64,000 nucleotides of DNA, taken from positions 1 through 64,000 of the forward strand of contig DAORZT010000006.1 of the NCBI GenBank assembly GCA_035359995.1, read 5' to 3'. Shown here piece after piece: positions 8,785 through 18,875 of the stretch. Each line of letters opens with the position of its first letter. The first letter of the stretch is position 1. A program made the position numbers and the translations under genes. The notes below the pieces were generated by a model, which worked only from the letters and a program-made list of their open reading frames with translations, made no database searches and was not told where the DNA came from. The stretch comes from Bacillota bacterium. Lineage in GTDB: Bacteria; Bacillota; UBA4882; UBA8346.

Positions 8785-9492
8785 ATGAAGCATCAGATAA
8801 GAATAGCGGCAATTTTTTTGATGCTGGTGTTACTCGTTGTCTCGATTCAAACTAATGCCAGCAGTAACATCTTCTCTTATGTTTCAGGCAAGACTGGCTT
8901 TGTAGTGGTTGGACAGGAAACGATCATTAAAATTGTAGGTAGTTTCGAAGGTGTTAATGTATCAAGACGTGTAAAACTGATTGAAATAAGGCTTAAACGG
9001 ATTGCGGCAGGCAATGACTTTAATGCGGCGAATTTAGTTATGACAGAACGAAATAACAAAGTTGGGCTCACATATAATGACCAATGGTTAGTGATTGCCG
9101 ATCCACAGAGTGCCTATTCGCAAAAAGTAACCCAATTTGAGTTGGCAGAATTATGGCGTGCAAATTTAGTCAGGGTGTTTGGTGAAACACAAGATTATAC
9201 TGTTAGTGAAGAAATTATTGGGGTTGCTTCTTGGTATGGCCGTGAATTTCGTGGACGTAAGACCGCTAATGGTGAACGGTTTGATGAAACTAAATATACT
9301 GCTGCCCATCGGAGCCTCCCTTTTGGGACTAAAGTAAGGGTGACCAACTTAGAAAATAATCTTTCGGTGATAGTTACCATTAATGATCGTGGTCCTTGGA
9401 CCAAGAACCGGATTATTGACCTGTCATGGGCTGCCGCTAAAGCGATTGGAATTAAAGGTATTGGAAGAGTTAAATTGGAGGTATTAAACTGA
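8785..9492 (+). CDS. rlpA: RlpA-like septal ring lytic transglycosylase (DPBB domain) with a signal peptide
   Basis: C-terminal double-psi beta-barrel: VASWYGREFRGRKTANGERFD...FGTKVRVTN...VTINDRGP. N-terminal signal/anchor. Confidence 0.8.
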   Translation: MKHQIRIAAIFLMLVLLVVSIQTNASSNIFSYVSGKTGFVVVGQETIIKIVGSFEGVNVSRRVKLIEIRLKRIAAGNDFNAANLVMTERNNKVGLTYNDQWLVIADPQSAYSQKVTQFELAELWRANLVRVFGETQDYTVSEEIIGVASWYGREFRGRKTANGERFDETKYTAAHRSLPFGTKVRVTNLENNLSVIVTINDRGPWTKNRIIDLSWAAAKAIGIKGIGRVKLEVLN

Positions 9493-9522
9493 AGTGGATT
9501 TCGCTTAAAAGATAATTAAGTA

Positions 9523-9552
9523 TTGATTTATAGGGGGTTGATCAGCTATAAT
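9523..9552 (+). promoter_or_regulatory. Sigma-A promoter TTGATT-N18-TATAAT driving the T-box leader
   Basis: -35 ttgatt at 9523-9528 and -10 tataat at 9547-9552. Confidence 0.55.
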
Positions 9553-9559
9553 TTATATA

Positions 9560-9790
9560 AAAACGATGATGGGGAACAAACTGTTTTAACGTATGCAGAG
9601 AGGGTAGACGTGGTGTAACTACCTTACGTAATAATTGTTTTTGCCCCCCGGAGTGACATGACGAAATTTTTTAGTAGTCAGTTCGGGTTTGCCCGTTATA
9701 GCAGCTAAAAGTGGGGTTTATCTAAACCTAAACAGAGTGGAACCACGGAATTCTTCGTCTCTGATATGAGCGAAGTTTTTTTATTTTTGA
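9560..9790 (+). ncRNA. T-box riboswitch leader (Cys specifier) upstream of cysE-cysS
   Basis: AGAGA-box/specifier region with UGC-A at 9593-9596. T-box-like sequence agagtggaaccacgg at 9733-9748. Terminator hairpin cttcgtctctgatatgagcgaag plus a U-run at 9753-9790. The cysES T-box arrangement is known in Bacillus. Confidence 0.6.
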
Positions 9791-9908
9791 TTCCCAATAC
9801 CAGGATTATGATAATAGAATATAGTAATTTAGGACCAAAATTATTATATTACGAACGTCATGGGTTGGTTCAAAATTGAATGGTTGTAAATCAAGAAGGG
9901 GGGTAAAG

Positions 9909-10550
9909 ATGTTTAGACATTTACGAGAAGATATTCAAACGGTTTTCGAACGTGATCCGGCAGCCAAATCTTGGTTTGAGGTCCTGTTATGTTATCCCGG
10001 AATTCACGCCTTAATTTGCCATCGGATCAATCATTGGCTTTATAATCATAAATTGTTTACGTTAGCCAGATTTTTATCTCAAGTAGCCCGGTTTTTTACC
10101 GGGATAGAGATTCATCCGGGAGCGAAGATTGGCAGGAGGTTTTTTATTGACCATGGTGCTGGAGTAGTTATTGGTGAAACGACCGAAATCGGTGATGATG
10201 TTACTATTTATCAGGGAGTAACACTTGGTGGTACCGGAAAAGAGAAGGGGAAACGCCATCCTACCATTGGTAATGGTGTAATGATCTCGGCCGGGGCAAA
10301 AGTATTGGGTTCATTTGTAGTAGGAGATAATGCTAAAATTGGAGCGGGTGCAGTAGTGTTAAAAGAAGTCCCACCTAATGCCACAGTGGTTGGCGTGCCG
10401 GGTAGAGTAGTGATTCAGGACGGAGTTCGCGTAACCCAAGGAGTTGACTTGGCACATAATAATTTACCTGATCCGATTATGAAGATGATCGAGAGCATGG
10501 AGCAACGAATCAATGAATTGGAACAAACAATAGCGAAACTAAAGCAATAA
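9909..10550 (+). CDS. cysE: Serine O-acetyltransferase
   Basis: Hexapeptide-repeat left-handed beta-helix with a SAT N-terminus. RBS AAGGGGGG before the ATG at 9909. The ORF-track start at 9876 is probably too early. Confidence 0.9.
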   Translation: MFRHLREDIQTVFERDPAAKSWFEVLLCYPGIHALICHRINHWLYNHKLFTLARFLSQVARFFTGIEIHPGAKIGRRFFIDHGAGVVIGETTEIGDDVTIYQGVTLGGTGKEKGKRHPTIGNGVMISAGAKVLGSFVVGDNAKIGAGAVVLKEVPPNATVVGVPGRVVIQDGVRVTQGVDLAHNNLPDPIMKMIESMEQRINELEQTIAKLKQ

Positions 10551-10588
10551 TTTGAATAAGAAATTTTCTTGGGAGGACATAGCTGAAA

Positions 10589-12031
10589 ATGACGTTAAAA
10601 GTATATAATACTTTAACCAAAACAAAAGAAGAATTCATTCCGAAAGAACCTGGAAAAGTGAGTATTTATGCTTGTGGAATCACACCATATAACTATGCGC
10701 ACATTGGTAATTCGCGACCGGCCGTATTTTGGGATTGTGTGCGCCGCTTTTTAAAATACCGTGGTTATCAAATTCATTTTGTTCAAAACTTTACTGATGT
10801 TGATGATAAGATTATTAACCGGGCGAATCAATTACAACAACATCCATTGGAATTGGCAGCCGAGTACGCCAAGATTTACTTAGAAGATTTAGAAAAGTTA
10901 AATGTATTAAAGGCTGATGATTATCCCAAGGTTTCGGAGCATATTCCGGAAGTAATTAATATGATTCAGGTATTAATTGAAAAGGGATATGCCTATGAAG
11001 TAAATGGCGATGTTTATTATGAGGTCCGTAAATTTAAAGATTATGGGAAATTATCCGGACGCGATCTTGATGATTTGCAGGCCGGAGCAAGAGTTGAAGT
11101 GAATGAGGCGAAGCGGGATCCGATGGACTTTGCGCTGTGGAAGGCTGCCAAACCAGGGGAGATCAGTTGGGATTCACCATGGGGCAAAGGACGGCCCGGA
11201 TGGCATATTGAATGTTCGGCAATGTCAATTAAATATTTAGATGGTGGTTTTGATATGCATGGTGGGGGTGAAGATCTGGTTTTTCCGCATCATGAGAATG
11301 AAATTGCGCAATCCGAAGCATACCTGGGTTCAGTCTTTGCCCGATACTGGTTACACAACGCGTTTGTAACGGTTAGTGGTGAACGGATGGGGAAATCAAT
11401 GGGGAATTTCTCAACGATTCGTGATGTTATCAATCAGTTTCCACCGAAAGTGGTTCGCTTTTGGCTGATTGGAACCCATTACCGAAATCCGATCGGATTT
11501 GGCGCAGAAGAACTGCAGGCGGCAGCAAGAGGTTTAGAACGTTTGGAAACAGCCAAATTCAACTGGGAACATCTATTAAGTCAACAGCTAAGCGGTAATG
11601 ATACTGATGCTAATGAAGCAGAGATTAGTTCGATCAAAGACCGAATCGCCAAAACCAAACAAGAATTTATCACAGGAATGGAAGATGATTTTAATACTCC
11701 ACAGGCGTTAGCCAGTTTATATGAGCTGGTCAGAGAAGTAAACCGTTGGACGCAGGACAAAGCCTTTAGTTTAACTTTAGTTACTAAAGGAGCATTAAAG
11801 GAAGCCTATGATGTCCTGGTCGAACTGGGGGATGTTCTGGGAATCTTCTATCAGGAGCAGGCGGGTAATCCTGCCATTGATGTTGCCGAGATTGAGAGTT
11901 TAATCGAACAACGTACTCAAGCCAAGAAAGATAAAAACTGGGCATTGGCGGACCAGATCCGTGACCAACTAAAAGCTAAAGGAGTAATCTTAGAAGACAC
12001 TCCTCAAGGAGTAAGATGGCGGCTGGAGTAG
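10589..12031 (+). CDS. cysS: Cysteine--tRNA ligase
   Basis: HIGN motif (NYAHIGN), KMSKS-like KSMGN, and a Zn-binding Cys. Confidence 0.95.
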   Translation: MTLKVYNTLTKTKEEFIPKEPGKVSIYACGITPYNYAHIGNSRPAVFWDCVRRFLKYRGYQIHFVQNFTDVDDKIINRANQLQQHPLELAAEYAKIYLEDLEKLNVLKADDYPKVSEHIPEVINMIQVLIEKGYAYEVNGDVYYEVRKFKDYGKLSGRDLDDLQAGARVEVNEAKRDPMDFALWKAAKPGEISWDSPWGKGRPGWHIECSAMSIKYLDGGFDMHGGGEDLVFPHHENEIAQSEAYLGSVFARYWLHNAFVTVSGERMGKSMGNFSTIRDVINQFPPKVVRFWLIGTHYRNPIGFGAEELQAAARGLERLETAKFNWEHLLSQQLSGNDTDANEAEISSIKDRIAKTKQEFITGMEDDFNTPQALASLYELVREVNRWTQDKAFSLTLVTKGALKEAYDVLVELGDVLGIFYQEQAGNPAIDVAEIESLIEQRTQAKKDKNWALADQIRDQLKAKGVILEDTPQGVRWRLE

Positions 12032-12100
12032 CCCTTTGCGACTTTTTAATTTTTTGTGAGATTCAAAAAAGATATATAGTAAAAAATTGGGGGAAGTGCA

Positions 12101-13162
12101 ATGTTGCAACAAATATTGCTTCATAATTATTTCAATAATCGAGTTTTAGACTATTTAACCTTTATTTTGATTCTAATTGCAGGAATAATTGCAATTCAGA
12201 TTATCAAAAAATATGTCTTAAAAAGTTTGGCCAAATGGGCGCAAAATAGCAAAAATCCACTTGATGACTTTATAATTGCCACAGTCAAACGAAATATTCT
12301 TCCATTGTTGTATTATGGAGTTTTTTACGTCAGTACACAAAGTTTAACCTTAGCCCGGATAATCGTTAACGGAATTAGAAATCTGGGGGTTGCATTTGCT
12401 GTTTATTTTGGAATTAAGTTGCTAATGGAAGTAGTAGTTTATTTATTGGAGTCAGTGTGGTTAAATGATGAGGAGAATTCATCAAAAATTAAAGCAATAA
12501 AAGGAATTGTAGCTGTTGTAAAGGTCCTGCTTTGGGGATTCGCATTAGTACTTTTTCTTGATAATATTGGTGTAAAAATTTCCGCTTTGGTTGCCGGACT
12601 TGGAATCGGTGGTATTGCAGTTGCTTTAGCGGCACAGACCATTTTAGGTGATCTGTTTAGTTATTTCATTATTTTCTTTGATCGCCCCTTTGAGTTGGGG
12701 GATTCGATTGTAATCGATAGTTTCAAGGGTACTGTCGAGTATATTGGTATCAAGACCACACGGCTTCGTAGTGTTGATGGGGAACAGGTTATTATCTCTA
12801 ATAAAGATTTGACCAATTCCAAATTGAGGAACTTTAAGCGAATGGAACGACGCCGGGTCGCGTTTACGATTGGAGTGGCTTATGAAACAAAATTAGAATC
12901 ATTAAAGGAAATTCCCGGTATTATTTCAGATATTATTAGTAATATTGATAAGACAGAACTGGATCGAGTCCATTTTGCTTCATATGGTGATTATAGTTTG
13001 GGGTTTGATGTCGTATATTACGTACTGGATAAAGACTATAAGCGATATATGGATATTCAACAAGAGATTAATTTTAAAATAAAAGAAGAGTTTGAAAAGC
13101 GCAGCATTAGGTTCGCCTATCCTACTCAAAACATTTACATTAATTCAAACAATCATTCTTAA
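12101..13162 (+). CDS. Mechanosensitive ion channel (MscS family)
   Basis: N-terminal TM helices followed by an MscS beta-domain (GDLFSYFIIFFDRPFELGDSIVIDSFKGTVEYIGIKTTRLRSVDGEQVIISN). Confidence 0.85.
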   Translation: MLQQILLHNYFNNRVLDYLTFILILIAGIIAIQIIKKYVLKSLAKWAQNSKNPLDDFIIATVKRNILPLLYYGVFYVSTQSLTLARIIVNGIRNLGVAFAVYFGIKLLMEVVVYLLESVWLNDEENSSKIKAIKGIVAVVKVLLWGFALVLFLDNIGVKISALVAGLGIGGIAVALAAQTILGDLFSYFIIFFDRPFELGDSIVIDSFKGTVEYIGIKTTRLRSVDGEQVIISNKDLTNSKLRNFKRMERRRVAFTIGVAYETKLESLKEIPGIISDIISNIDKTELDRVHFASYGDYSLGFDVVYYVLDKDYKRYMDIQQEINFKIKEEFEKRSIRFAYPTQNIYINSNNHS

Positions 13163-13212
13163 TTCGAGTCTGTTCAACAAACGAAATTGAAAATCTATTT
13201 TGTTATAGATGT

Positions 13213-13236
13213 ACCGGTCAAATGGCCGGTTTTTTT
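13213..13236 (+). terminator. Intrinsic terminator after the MscS gene
   Basis: accggtcaaatggccggt followed by T7. Confidence 0.7.
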
Positions 13237-13317
13237 ATGTTAAAATAAGTAATTTACAATATATATCATGAATATATAATATATTATGAAGAAATTAATT
13301 TTAAAAAAAGGAAATTT

Positions 13318-13365
13318 GCAATAAATTGCAGAATATTCCATTAAATCATCGATTTTTAATGGAAT
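13318..13365. promoter_or_regulatory. Two palindromic operator-like sites upstream of nfeD-flotillin
   Basis: TGCAATAAATTGCA at 13318-13331 (14-bp palindrome). attccattaaa-N9-tttaatggaat at 13335-13365 (11-bp perfect arms). Confidence 0.4.
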
Positions 13366-13378
13366 GTATTAAATTGGA

Positions 13379-13963
13379 GTGAATAAAAAGATGGACCTGA
13401 ATCTATGGTGGAGTAATTTACAATCATTTGAGAGATTTTTTTGGTTTTTGGCGATTCCATTTACGGTAGTTTTTCTATTTCAATTTTTATTAACATTCAT
13501 TGGGAATGATGGCAACGCAGAAATTGATGGTGATTTTGATTTGGATGGAGTAGGAGACTCGGGGTTTCATCTGTTTACTTTTACAAATATCATTATATTC
13601 TTTACAGCATTTGGATGGGCAGGAATTGTTGGGATTGGATGGGGATTTAGTCAGGTGGTCACAGTAATATTTGCTTTCTTGGTTGGGATTGCATTGATGG
13701 TTGCAGTGGCTTCAATCTATTATTTGATGTCGAAGATGGTTGAAAGTGGTAACATTAATCTCCAAAACGCACTTAATTCCACCGGGAAAGTATATTTACC
13801 AATACCAGCTAATCGAGAAGGAGTTGGTAAAGTCCAAATAACAGTTCAAGGGTCGTTTCGTGAAGTAGATGCAGTGACTGATGGCGATTTATTACAGACT
13901 GGTATGCCGATTAAAGTGGTTGGAATTTTAAATGACGAAATAATTATTGTCGAGAAGATTTAA
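13379..13963 (+). CDS. nfeD: NfeD-like membrane protein (stomatin/flotillin-operon partner; C-terminal OB-fold)
   Basis: N-terminal TM segments. C-terminal OB-fold GKVYLPIPANREGVGKVQITVQGSFREVDA. Immediately followed by flotillin. The start could be ATG at 13391. Confidence 0.7.
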   Translation: MNKKMDLNLWWSNLQSFERFFWFLAIPFTVVFLFQFLLTFIGNDGNAEIDGDFDLDGVGDSGFHLFTFTNIIIFFTAFGWAGIVGIGWGFSQVVTVIFAFLVGIALMVAVASIYYLMSKMVESGNINLQNALNSTGKVYLPIPANREGVGKVQITVQGSFREVDAVTDGDLLQTGMPIKVVGILNDEIIIVEKI

Positions 13964-13973
13964 GGGGAGGATA

Positions 13974-15377
13974 ATGATGCAACAATTAGCATTAGTAACG
14001 ATTATTTTATTAATAATATTTGTTGTTTTTTCAATGATTCTTAGCAGATACCGGAAATGTCCGTCGGACAAGATTCTGGTTATTTATGGAAAAATCGGTA
14101 AAACAACCGATGGTGTTACCCGGTCGGCCCGGTGTATTCATGGAGGAGCTTCATTTATTTTGCCGGTATTTCAGGCATACGAATATCTGGACTTAACACC
14201 ATTCTCAATTGAAGTAAATTTAACGAAAGCACTAAGTAAGCAGAATATCCGGGTTGACGTTCCTTCCCGTTTTACGGTAGGGATATCAACTGAGCCAGGC
14301 GTAATGACCAATGCGGCTGAACGGTTGTTAGGAATGAAACAGGATCAGATCCAGGAGTTGGCCAAAGACATTATTTTTGGACAATTGCGTTTGGTTATTG
14401 CCACAATGGATATTGAAGAGATCAACGCTGACCGCGATAAGTTTTTAGCAAATGTTTCAAACAATGTTGAAGCTGAGCTGAAAAAGATTGGTTTAAAGTT
14501 GATCAATGTTAACGTAACTGATATTAAAGATGAATCCGGATATATTGAAGCCCTTGGTAAAGAAGCTGCCGCAAAAGCGATTAATGATGCTAAAAAAAGT
14601 GTTGCCGAGAAAGATCGGGATGGTTCAATTGGTGAAGCTAATGCAAAACGGGATGAGCGAATTCAGGTAGCAGAGGCGAATGCCCGGGCTGTAGAGGGAG
14701 AAAACCAAGCCCGGATAACGATTGCTAACTCCGAGGCTGATCGGCGCGAAAAAGAAGCCGAAGCAAATCGCAAGGCAACTGCCGCTGAAAAGGTTCAAAC
14801 GGCGAAGGCCTTAGAGGAAGCTTATGTGGCAGAACAAGAGGCTGAAAAAGCCCGTGCAGAAAGACAACGGGCTACCATGTTTGCAGATGTTGTTGTACCA
14901 GCCGAGATTGAAAAACAACAGATGGAGATTGCTGCGGAAGCGGAAGCGGAAAAGATCCGTCGTATGGCTAAAGGTGAAGCTGATGCAATTCTCGCCGAGA
15001 TGGAAGCGCGTGCGAAAGGTATGTATGAGATTCTAAGCAAGCAAGCAGAAGGATTTAAAATGATCGTTGATTCGGTTGGTGGCGATGCTCGTAATGCTGT
15101 TTTATTGATGGTAGCGGATAAATTGCCGGAATTAGTTAAAACGCAGGTTGAAGCAGTTAAAAATCTGAAGATTGATAAGATTACCGTCTGGGATTCAATG
15201 GGAAAAGACGGAACACCAACCAGCGCCAATTTTATATCCGGGATGTTTAAATCGATCCCGCCGTTGGAAGATATTTTTAGATCTGCGGGAATGGAATTAC
15301 CGAATTACTTGGGAGAGAAGATTAATGAAAAAAATGAGAATTCCGGGGCAACGGCAATTGAGACGGAATCAAAGTAA
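13974..15377 (+). CDS. floT: Flotillin-like SPFH/Band 7 protein (FloT/YuaG-like)
   Basis: N-terminal membrane anchor, SPFH domain, and a long EA-rich coiled-coil (flotillin repeats). RBS GGGGAGG. Confidence 0.85.
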   Translation: MMQQLALVTIILLIIFVVFSMILSRYRKCPSDKILVIYGKIGKTTDGVTRSARCIHGGASFILPVFQAYEYLDLTPFSIEVNLTKALSKQNIRVDVPSRFTVGISTEPGVMTNAAERLLGMKQDQIQELAKDIIFGQLRLVIATMDIEEINADRDKFLANVSNNVEAELKKIGLKLINVNVTDIKDESGYIEALGKEAAAKAINDAKKSVAEKDRDGSIGEANAKRDERIQVAEANARAVEGENQARITIANSEADRREKEAEANRKATAAEKVQTAKALEEAYVAEQEAEKARAERQRATMFADVVVPAEIEKQQMEIAAEAEAEKIRRMAKGEADAILAEMEARAKGMYEILSKQAEGFKMIVDSVGGDARNAVLLMVADKLPELVKTQVEAVKNLKIDKITVWDSMGKDGTPTSANFISGMFKSIPPLEDIFRSAGMELPNYLGEKINEKNENSGATAIETESK

Positions 15378-15384
15378 TTTTGTA

Positions 15385-15410
15385 AATGAGACCAATTGGT
15401 CTCATTTTTG
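15385..15410 (+). terminator. Intrinsic terminator
   Basis: aatgagaccaattggtctcatttttg. Confidence 0.7.
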
Positions 15411-15565
15411 ATCAGATAAATTTTTGTTGTGGAAAGGAAGTTAATTAATTAAGACAGAATTAATATTATTAGTATTAAAAAGTGTAGAGTGCAACAAGAC
15501 TTGGAAAATAACGACTAGATTACTTCGAAAGGCGACAGACTTTAGTGACCGAAAGGTGTGGGTTT

Positions 15566-16240
15566 ATGCAACCGGTAGCTGTTGTTCCATTGAATCTTGG
15601 TGTGGTAAAGGCATTTGTAATAAAGGGTGAACGTAGTATACTGGTTGATGCCGGCAATGCCGGAGATGCCAGAAAGATTATCCAAGGCCTTACACGTTTG
15701 AAGATCAATCCGCAAGATCTATCCTTAATTATTATTACTCACAGTCATTCGGACCATATCGGCGGATTGGCTAAATTAAAAGAAGTGACCGGAGCCAGAG
15801 TTTTGGTCCATCAACTTGATGCGGAGGCGTTAGTTGCCGGGATCAATAAAGATATAATTCCGACTAATTTTAAAGGGGATTTATTTAAGCGCTTTATTGA
15901 AGAAAGACCCAAGATTAAAACTGTAGAGCCCGATATTCTGATTGATGGCGAGCATGATTTACAAAAGTATGGAGTAGCAGGGAAGGTGATTGGGACTCCG
16001 GGTCATACTGCAGGCTCGATTTCAATTGTATTAGAAAATGGTGAAGCAATTATCGGAGATTTATTGATGGGTGGACTCATTCTTCAGCGCTTCCCAAGTT
16101 ATCCGTATTTTGCTTATAATCTGGACCTAGTGAAAGAAAGTATTAAAAAGTTACAGAAATTGGACCTGAAGAAACTCTATCCATCCCATGGTGGCCCGTT
16201 CGCATTTCATGCGGTGAAAAAAAGATTTGCTGATTGTTAA
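15566..16240 (+). CDS. MBL-fold metallo-hydrolase
   Basis: HxHxDH motif (THSHSDHIGG), with further His and Asp ligands downstream. Confidence 0.85.
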   Translation: MQPVAVVPLNLGVVKAFVIKGERSILVDAGNAGDARKIIQGLTRLKINPQDLSLIIITHSHSDHIGGLAKLKEVTGARVLVHQLDAEALVAGINKDIIPTNFKGDLFKRFIEERPKIKTVEPDILIDGEHDLQKYGVAGKVIGTPGHTAGSISIVLENGEAIIGDLLMGGLILQRFPSYPYFAYNLDLVKESIKKLQKLDLKKLYPSHGGPFAFHAVKKRFADC

Positions 16241-16270
16241 TTTAAAATAAACAACAAAAAGGTGAGCGAG

Positions 16271-16942
16271 ATGGAAAACTATAAAAAACAATTTATTGAA
16301 TTTATGCTTGAGTCCGGAGTACTTACTTTTGGTGATTTTACTACGAAGAGCGGCCGGAAAACCCCTTACTTTATAAATACCGGGAACTATAAAACCGGTT
16401 CACAGATAACAAAATTAGGCGAGTTTTATGCGGAATGTATTTACTCTAATCTTGGTAAAAAAGTTGATGTGTTATATGGACCGGCTTATAAAGGAATTCC
16501 ATTGGCAGTAACAACTGCCAGTTCACTATATCGCAAATATCAAATTGATGTACCGTTTTGTTTCAACCGTAAAGAAGCAAAAGATCATGGTGAGGGTGGT
16601 AACATTATTGGTTATCTGCCACAGGAGAATGAACAGATAACTATTATTGAAGATGTAGTTACAGCAGGGACTGCCGTCAGAGAGAGTTTAGCACTGTTAA
16701 AAAATATTACTAAAGCAACAGTAAACGCGTTGATTGTATCGGTGGATCGAATGGAACGGGGAACAGGTGATAAATCAACTTTGGACGAGTTACGCGAAAG
16801 TTTAGGGATAGAGACCTATGCAATTGTTAATATTGAAGAAATTATTTCATATTTGTATAATCGGGAAATCAACGGCAAAGTGTTTTTAGATGATGAGCTG
16901 ATGGAGCGGGTAAGGAAATACCGTGAAGAATATGGTGTGTAG
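16271..16942 (+). CDS. pyrE: Orotate phosphoribosyltransferase
   Basis: FGDFTTKSGRKTPYFIN motif and PRPP-binding loop VIIEDVVTAGTA. Confidence 0.85.
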   Translation: MENYKKQFIEFMLESGVLTFGDFTTKSGRKTPYFINTGNYKTGSQITKLGEFYAECIYSNLGKKVDVLYGPAYKGIPLAVTTASSLYRKYQIDVPFCFNRKEAKDHGEGGNIIGYLPQENEQITIIEDVVTAGTAVRESLALLKNITKATVNALIVSVDRMERGTGDKSTLDELRESLGIETYAIVNIEEIISYLYNREINGKVFLDDELMERVRKYREEYGV

Positions 16943-17210
16943 CAAATAATTTTCGTGGCGAGGATTTCTATTAAATTATTAGGAGCGGTTCTTTGTCTGC
17001 TCCTTATTTATTTCAGTTATCTTCATTAGTTAGTCATAATTTATATTGATGAATAGCTTTTGCTGATTAATAATAGATTTAAAATATAAAAGATTAACGT
17101 TTGTATAAAGATCTACTATTAAAATTGATTTATAAATTAGTTTGTGTTAATTTATATAGAAGAAGTAAATTAGATGCTCTTCTATGATAATTGATTTTGA
17201 GGTGAAGTTG

Positions 17211-18296
17211 ATGAGTCGTAAGTTGAGAGTTGGTATTGTAGGAGCTACCGGTATGGTTGGCCAAAGATTTATTTCGTTATTGGCTGATCATCCTTGGTTT
17301 GATGTAGTTGCATTGGCCGCCAGTCCCCGTTCGGCCGGTAGAGCATATACTGAGGCTGTAAGTGAGCGTTGGTCACAATCGATTGCGATTCCGGAGCAGA
17401 TTGGAAAAATAGTTGTCAAAGATGCCAGTCGGGTTAAAGAGGTTGCTGATGAAGTTGATTTTGTTTTCTGTGCCGTTGATATGAGTAAGGAAGAAACCAA
17501 GAAGTTAGAAGAAGATTATGCCCGGACAGAAACTCCGGTAATTTCTAATAATAGCGCGCACCGGTGGACTCCGGATGTTCCAATGGTGATTCCGGAGATT
17601 AATCCGGAACATATTGCGATTATCTCGGAACAACGGTTACGTCTAGGTACAAAAAAAGGTTTTATTGCAGTAAAACCAAATTGTTCGATTCAGAGTTATG
17701 TCCCGGCACTGCATGCATTATGGGATCTCCAACCCAAAACGGTAGTAGCATCAACATATCAAGCGATTTCAGGAGCAGGAAAGACATTTAAAGATTGGCC
17801 GGAGATGGTCGACAATGTTATTCCCTTAATTAAAGGGGAAGAAGAGAAGAGTGAGAACGAACCTTTAAAAATTTGGGGTAAAATTGAAGGGAAAGAAATT
17901 CGAAAAGCTGATGCACCATTAATTACTACCCAATGTATCCGTGTTCCGGTTACTGACGGTCACATGGCAACAGTGTTTGTTTCATTTGAGAAGAAGACGT
18001 CGAAAGAAGAGATTATTAATAAGTGGAATGGTTTTGTTGGGAAAGCACAGTTATTGAATTTACCAAGTGCTCCGAAACCATTTTTGAAATATTTTGAGGA
18101 AGAAGACCGCCCGCAAACTAAGCTCGATCGTAATTTTGAAAACGGTATGGGAATAACAATCGGACGCCTAAGACCGGATACAGTATTTGATTATAAGTTT
18201 GTGGCTTTATCGCATAATACCCTTAGAGGAGCTGCCGGTGGAGGCGTTTTGATAGCAGAACTATTAAAAGCGGAAGGTTATTTAGAAGCAAAGTGA
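17211..18296 (+). CDS. asd: Aspartate-semialdehyde dehydrogenase
   Basis: LRVGIVGATGMVGQ Rossmann motif, active-site NCS...Q, C-terminal SHNTLRGAAGG. Confidence 0.9.
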   Translation: MSRKLRVGIVGATGMVGQRFISLLADHPWFDVVALAASPRSAGRAYTEAVSERWSQSIAIPEQIGKIVVKDASRVKEVADEVDFVFCAVDMSKEETKKLEEDYARTETPVISNNSAHRWTPDVPMVIPEINPEHIAIISEQRLRLGTKKGFIAVKPNCSIQSYVPALHALWDLQPKTVVASTYQAISGAGKTFKDWPEMVDNVIPLIKGEEEKSENEPLKIWGKIEGKEIRKADAPLITTQCIRVPVTDGHMATVFVSFEKKTSKEEIINKWNGFVGKAQLLNLPSAPKPFLKYFEEEDRPQTKLDRNFENGMGITIGRLRPDTVFDYKFVALSHNTLRGAAGGGVLIAELLKAEGYLEAK

Positions 18297-18320
18297 GCTA
18301 TTGGGAGAATGATTTCTATT

Positions 18321-18352
18321 AAAGCACGCGTAGGCGTGCTTTAATTTTGGAG
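18321..18352 (+). terminator. Intrinsic terminator after asd
   Basis: aaagcacgcgtaggcgtgcttt followed by aatttt. Confidence 0.6.
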
Positions 18353-18446
18353 ATTCCCAGTACTTTTAAGAATAAGTCTGGCAGGAAATATTATAATTAA
18401 ATCGAATTTAGCAATAACAATTCTGAAATGATGTGGTAATACATAG

Positions 18447-18875
18447 ATGAATGAACTTTTTTGTTTTAATTTACCAAAAGTTAAACCGGATGAGGTTTCT
18501 CCAGCTGTTTGGGCTTATGTCGGAGATGCCGTCTATGAATTATTTGTCCGTTTTCATTTAGTAGCACAAGGACCTGCAAAGACAAGAAAACTTCATCAGG
18601 AAGCTGTCTCCCGGGTACGAGCTTCATATCAAGCTGAAATTTTAACTTTAATTCAACCGTTGCTGACCGAAGCGGAGTTAGAAATTTTAAGACGGGGTCG
18701 TAATGTTAAAACCGGCCATGTACCTAATAATACTGATATTATTACGTATCGCCATAGTACAGCATTTGAAGCTTTGATTGGCTATTTGTACCTGGATGGA
18801 CGTTATGAAAGAATGGTTGAGCTATTAAAGAAGACTGTTGAAAAAAGTGAGGATCAATCCGATGCTAAAAGTTAA
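18447..18875 (+). CDS. mrnC: Mini-ribonuclease 3 (Mini-III, 23S rRNA maturation)
   Basis: RNase III-like domain AYVGDAVYEL. ~140 aa. Sits after cysS as in Bacillus. Confidence 0.85.
   Translation: MNELFCFNLPKVKPDEVSPAVWAYVGDAVYELFVRFHLVAQGPAKTRKLHQEAVSRVRASYQAEILTLIQPLLTEAELEILRRGRNVKTGHVPNNTDIITYRHSTAFEALIGYLYLDGRYERMVELLKKTVEKSEDQSDAKS

Noticed and set aside
14822-15411. ORFs of 135, 70 and 79 aa overlapping the flotillin gene
   Set aside because: They lie in the Ala/Glu-rich repeat region of flotillin, whose GC-skewed codons generate long alternative-frame ORFs.
17150-17190. Imperfect hairpin atagaagaagtaaattagatgctcttctat just upstream of the asd RBS
   Set aside because: Could be a regulatory structure, but it has a single bulge, sits in AT-rich DNA and has no recognisable riboswitch features (no lysine or SAM box). 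Insufficient evidence.
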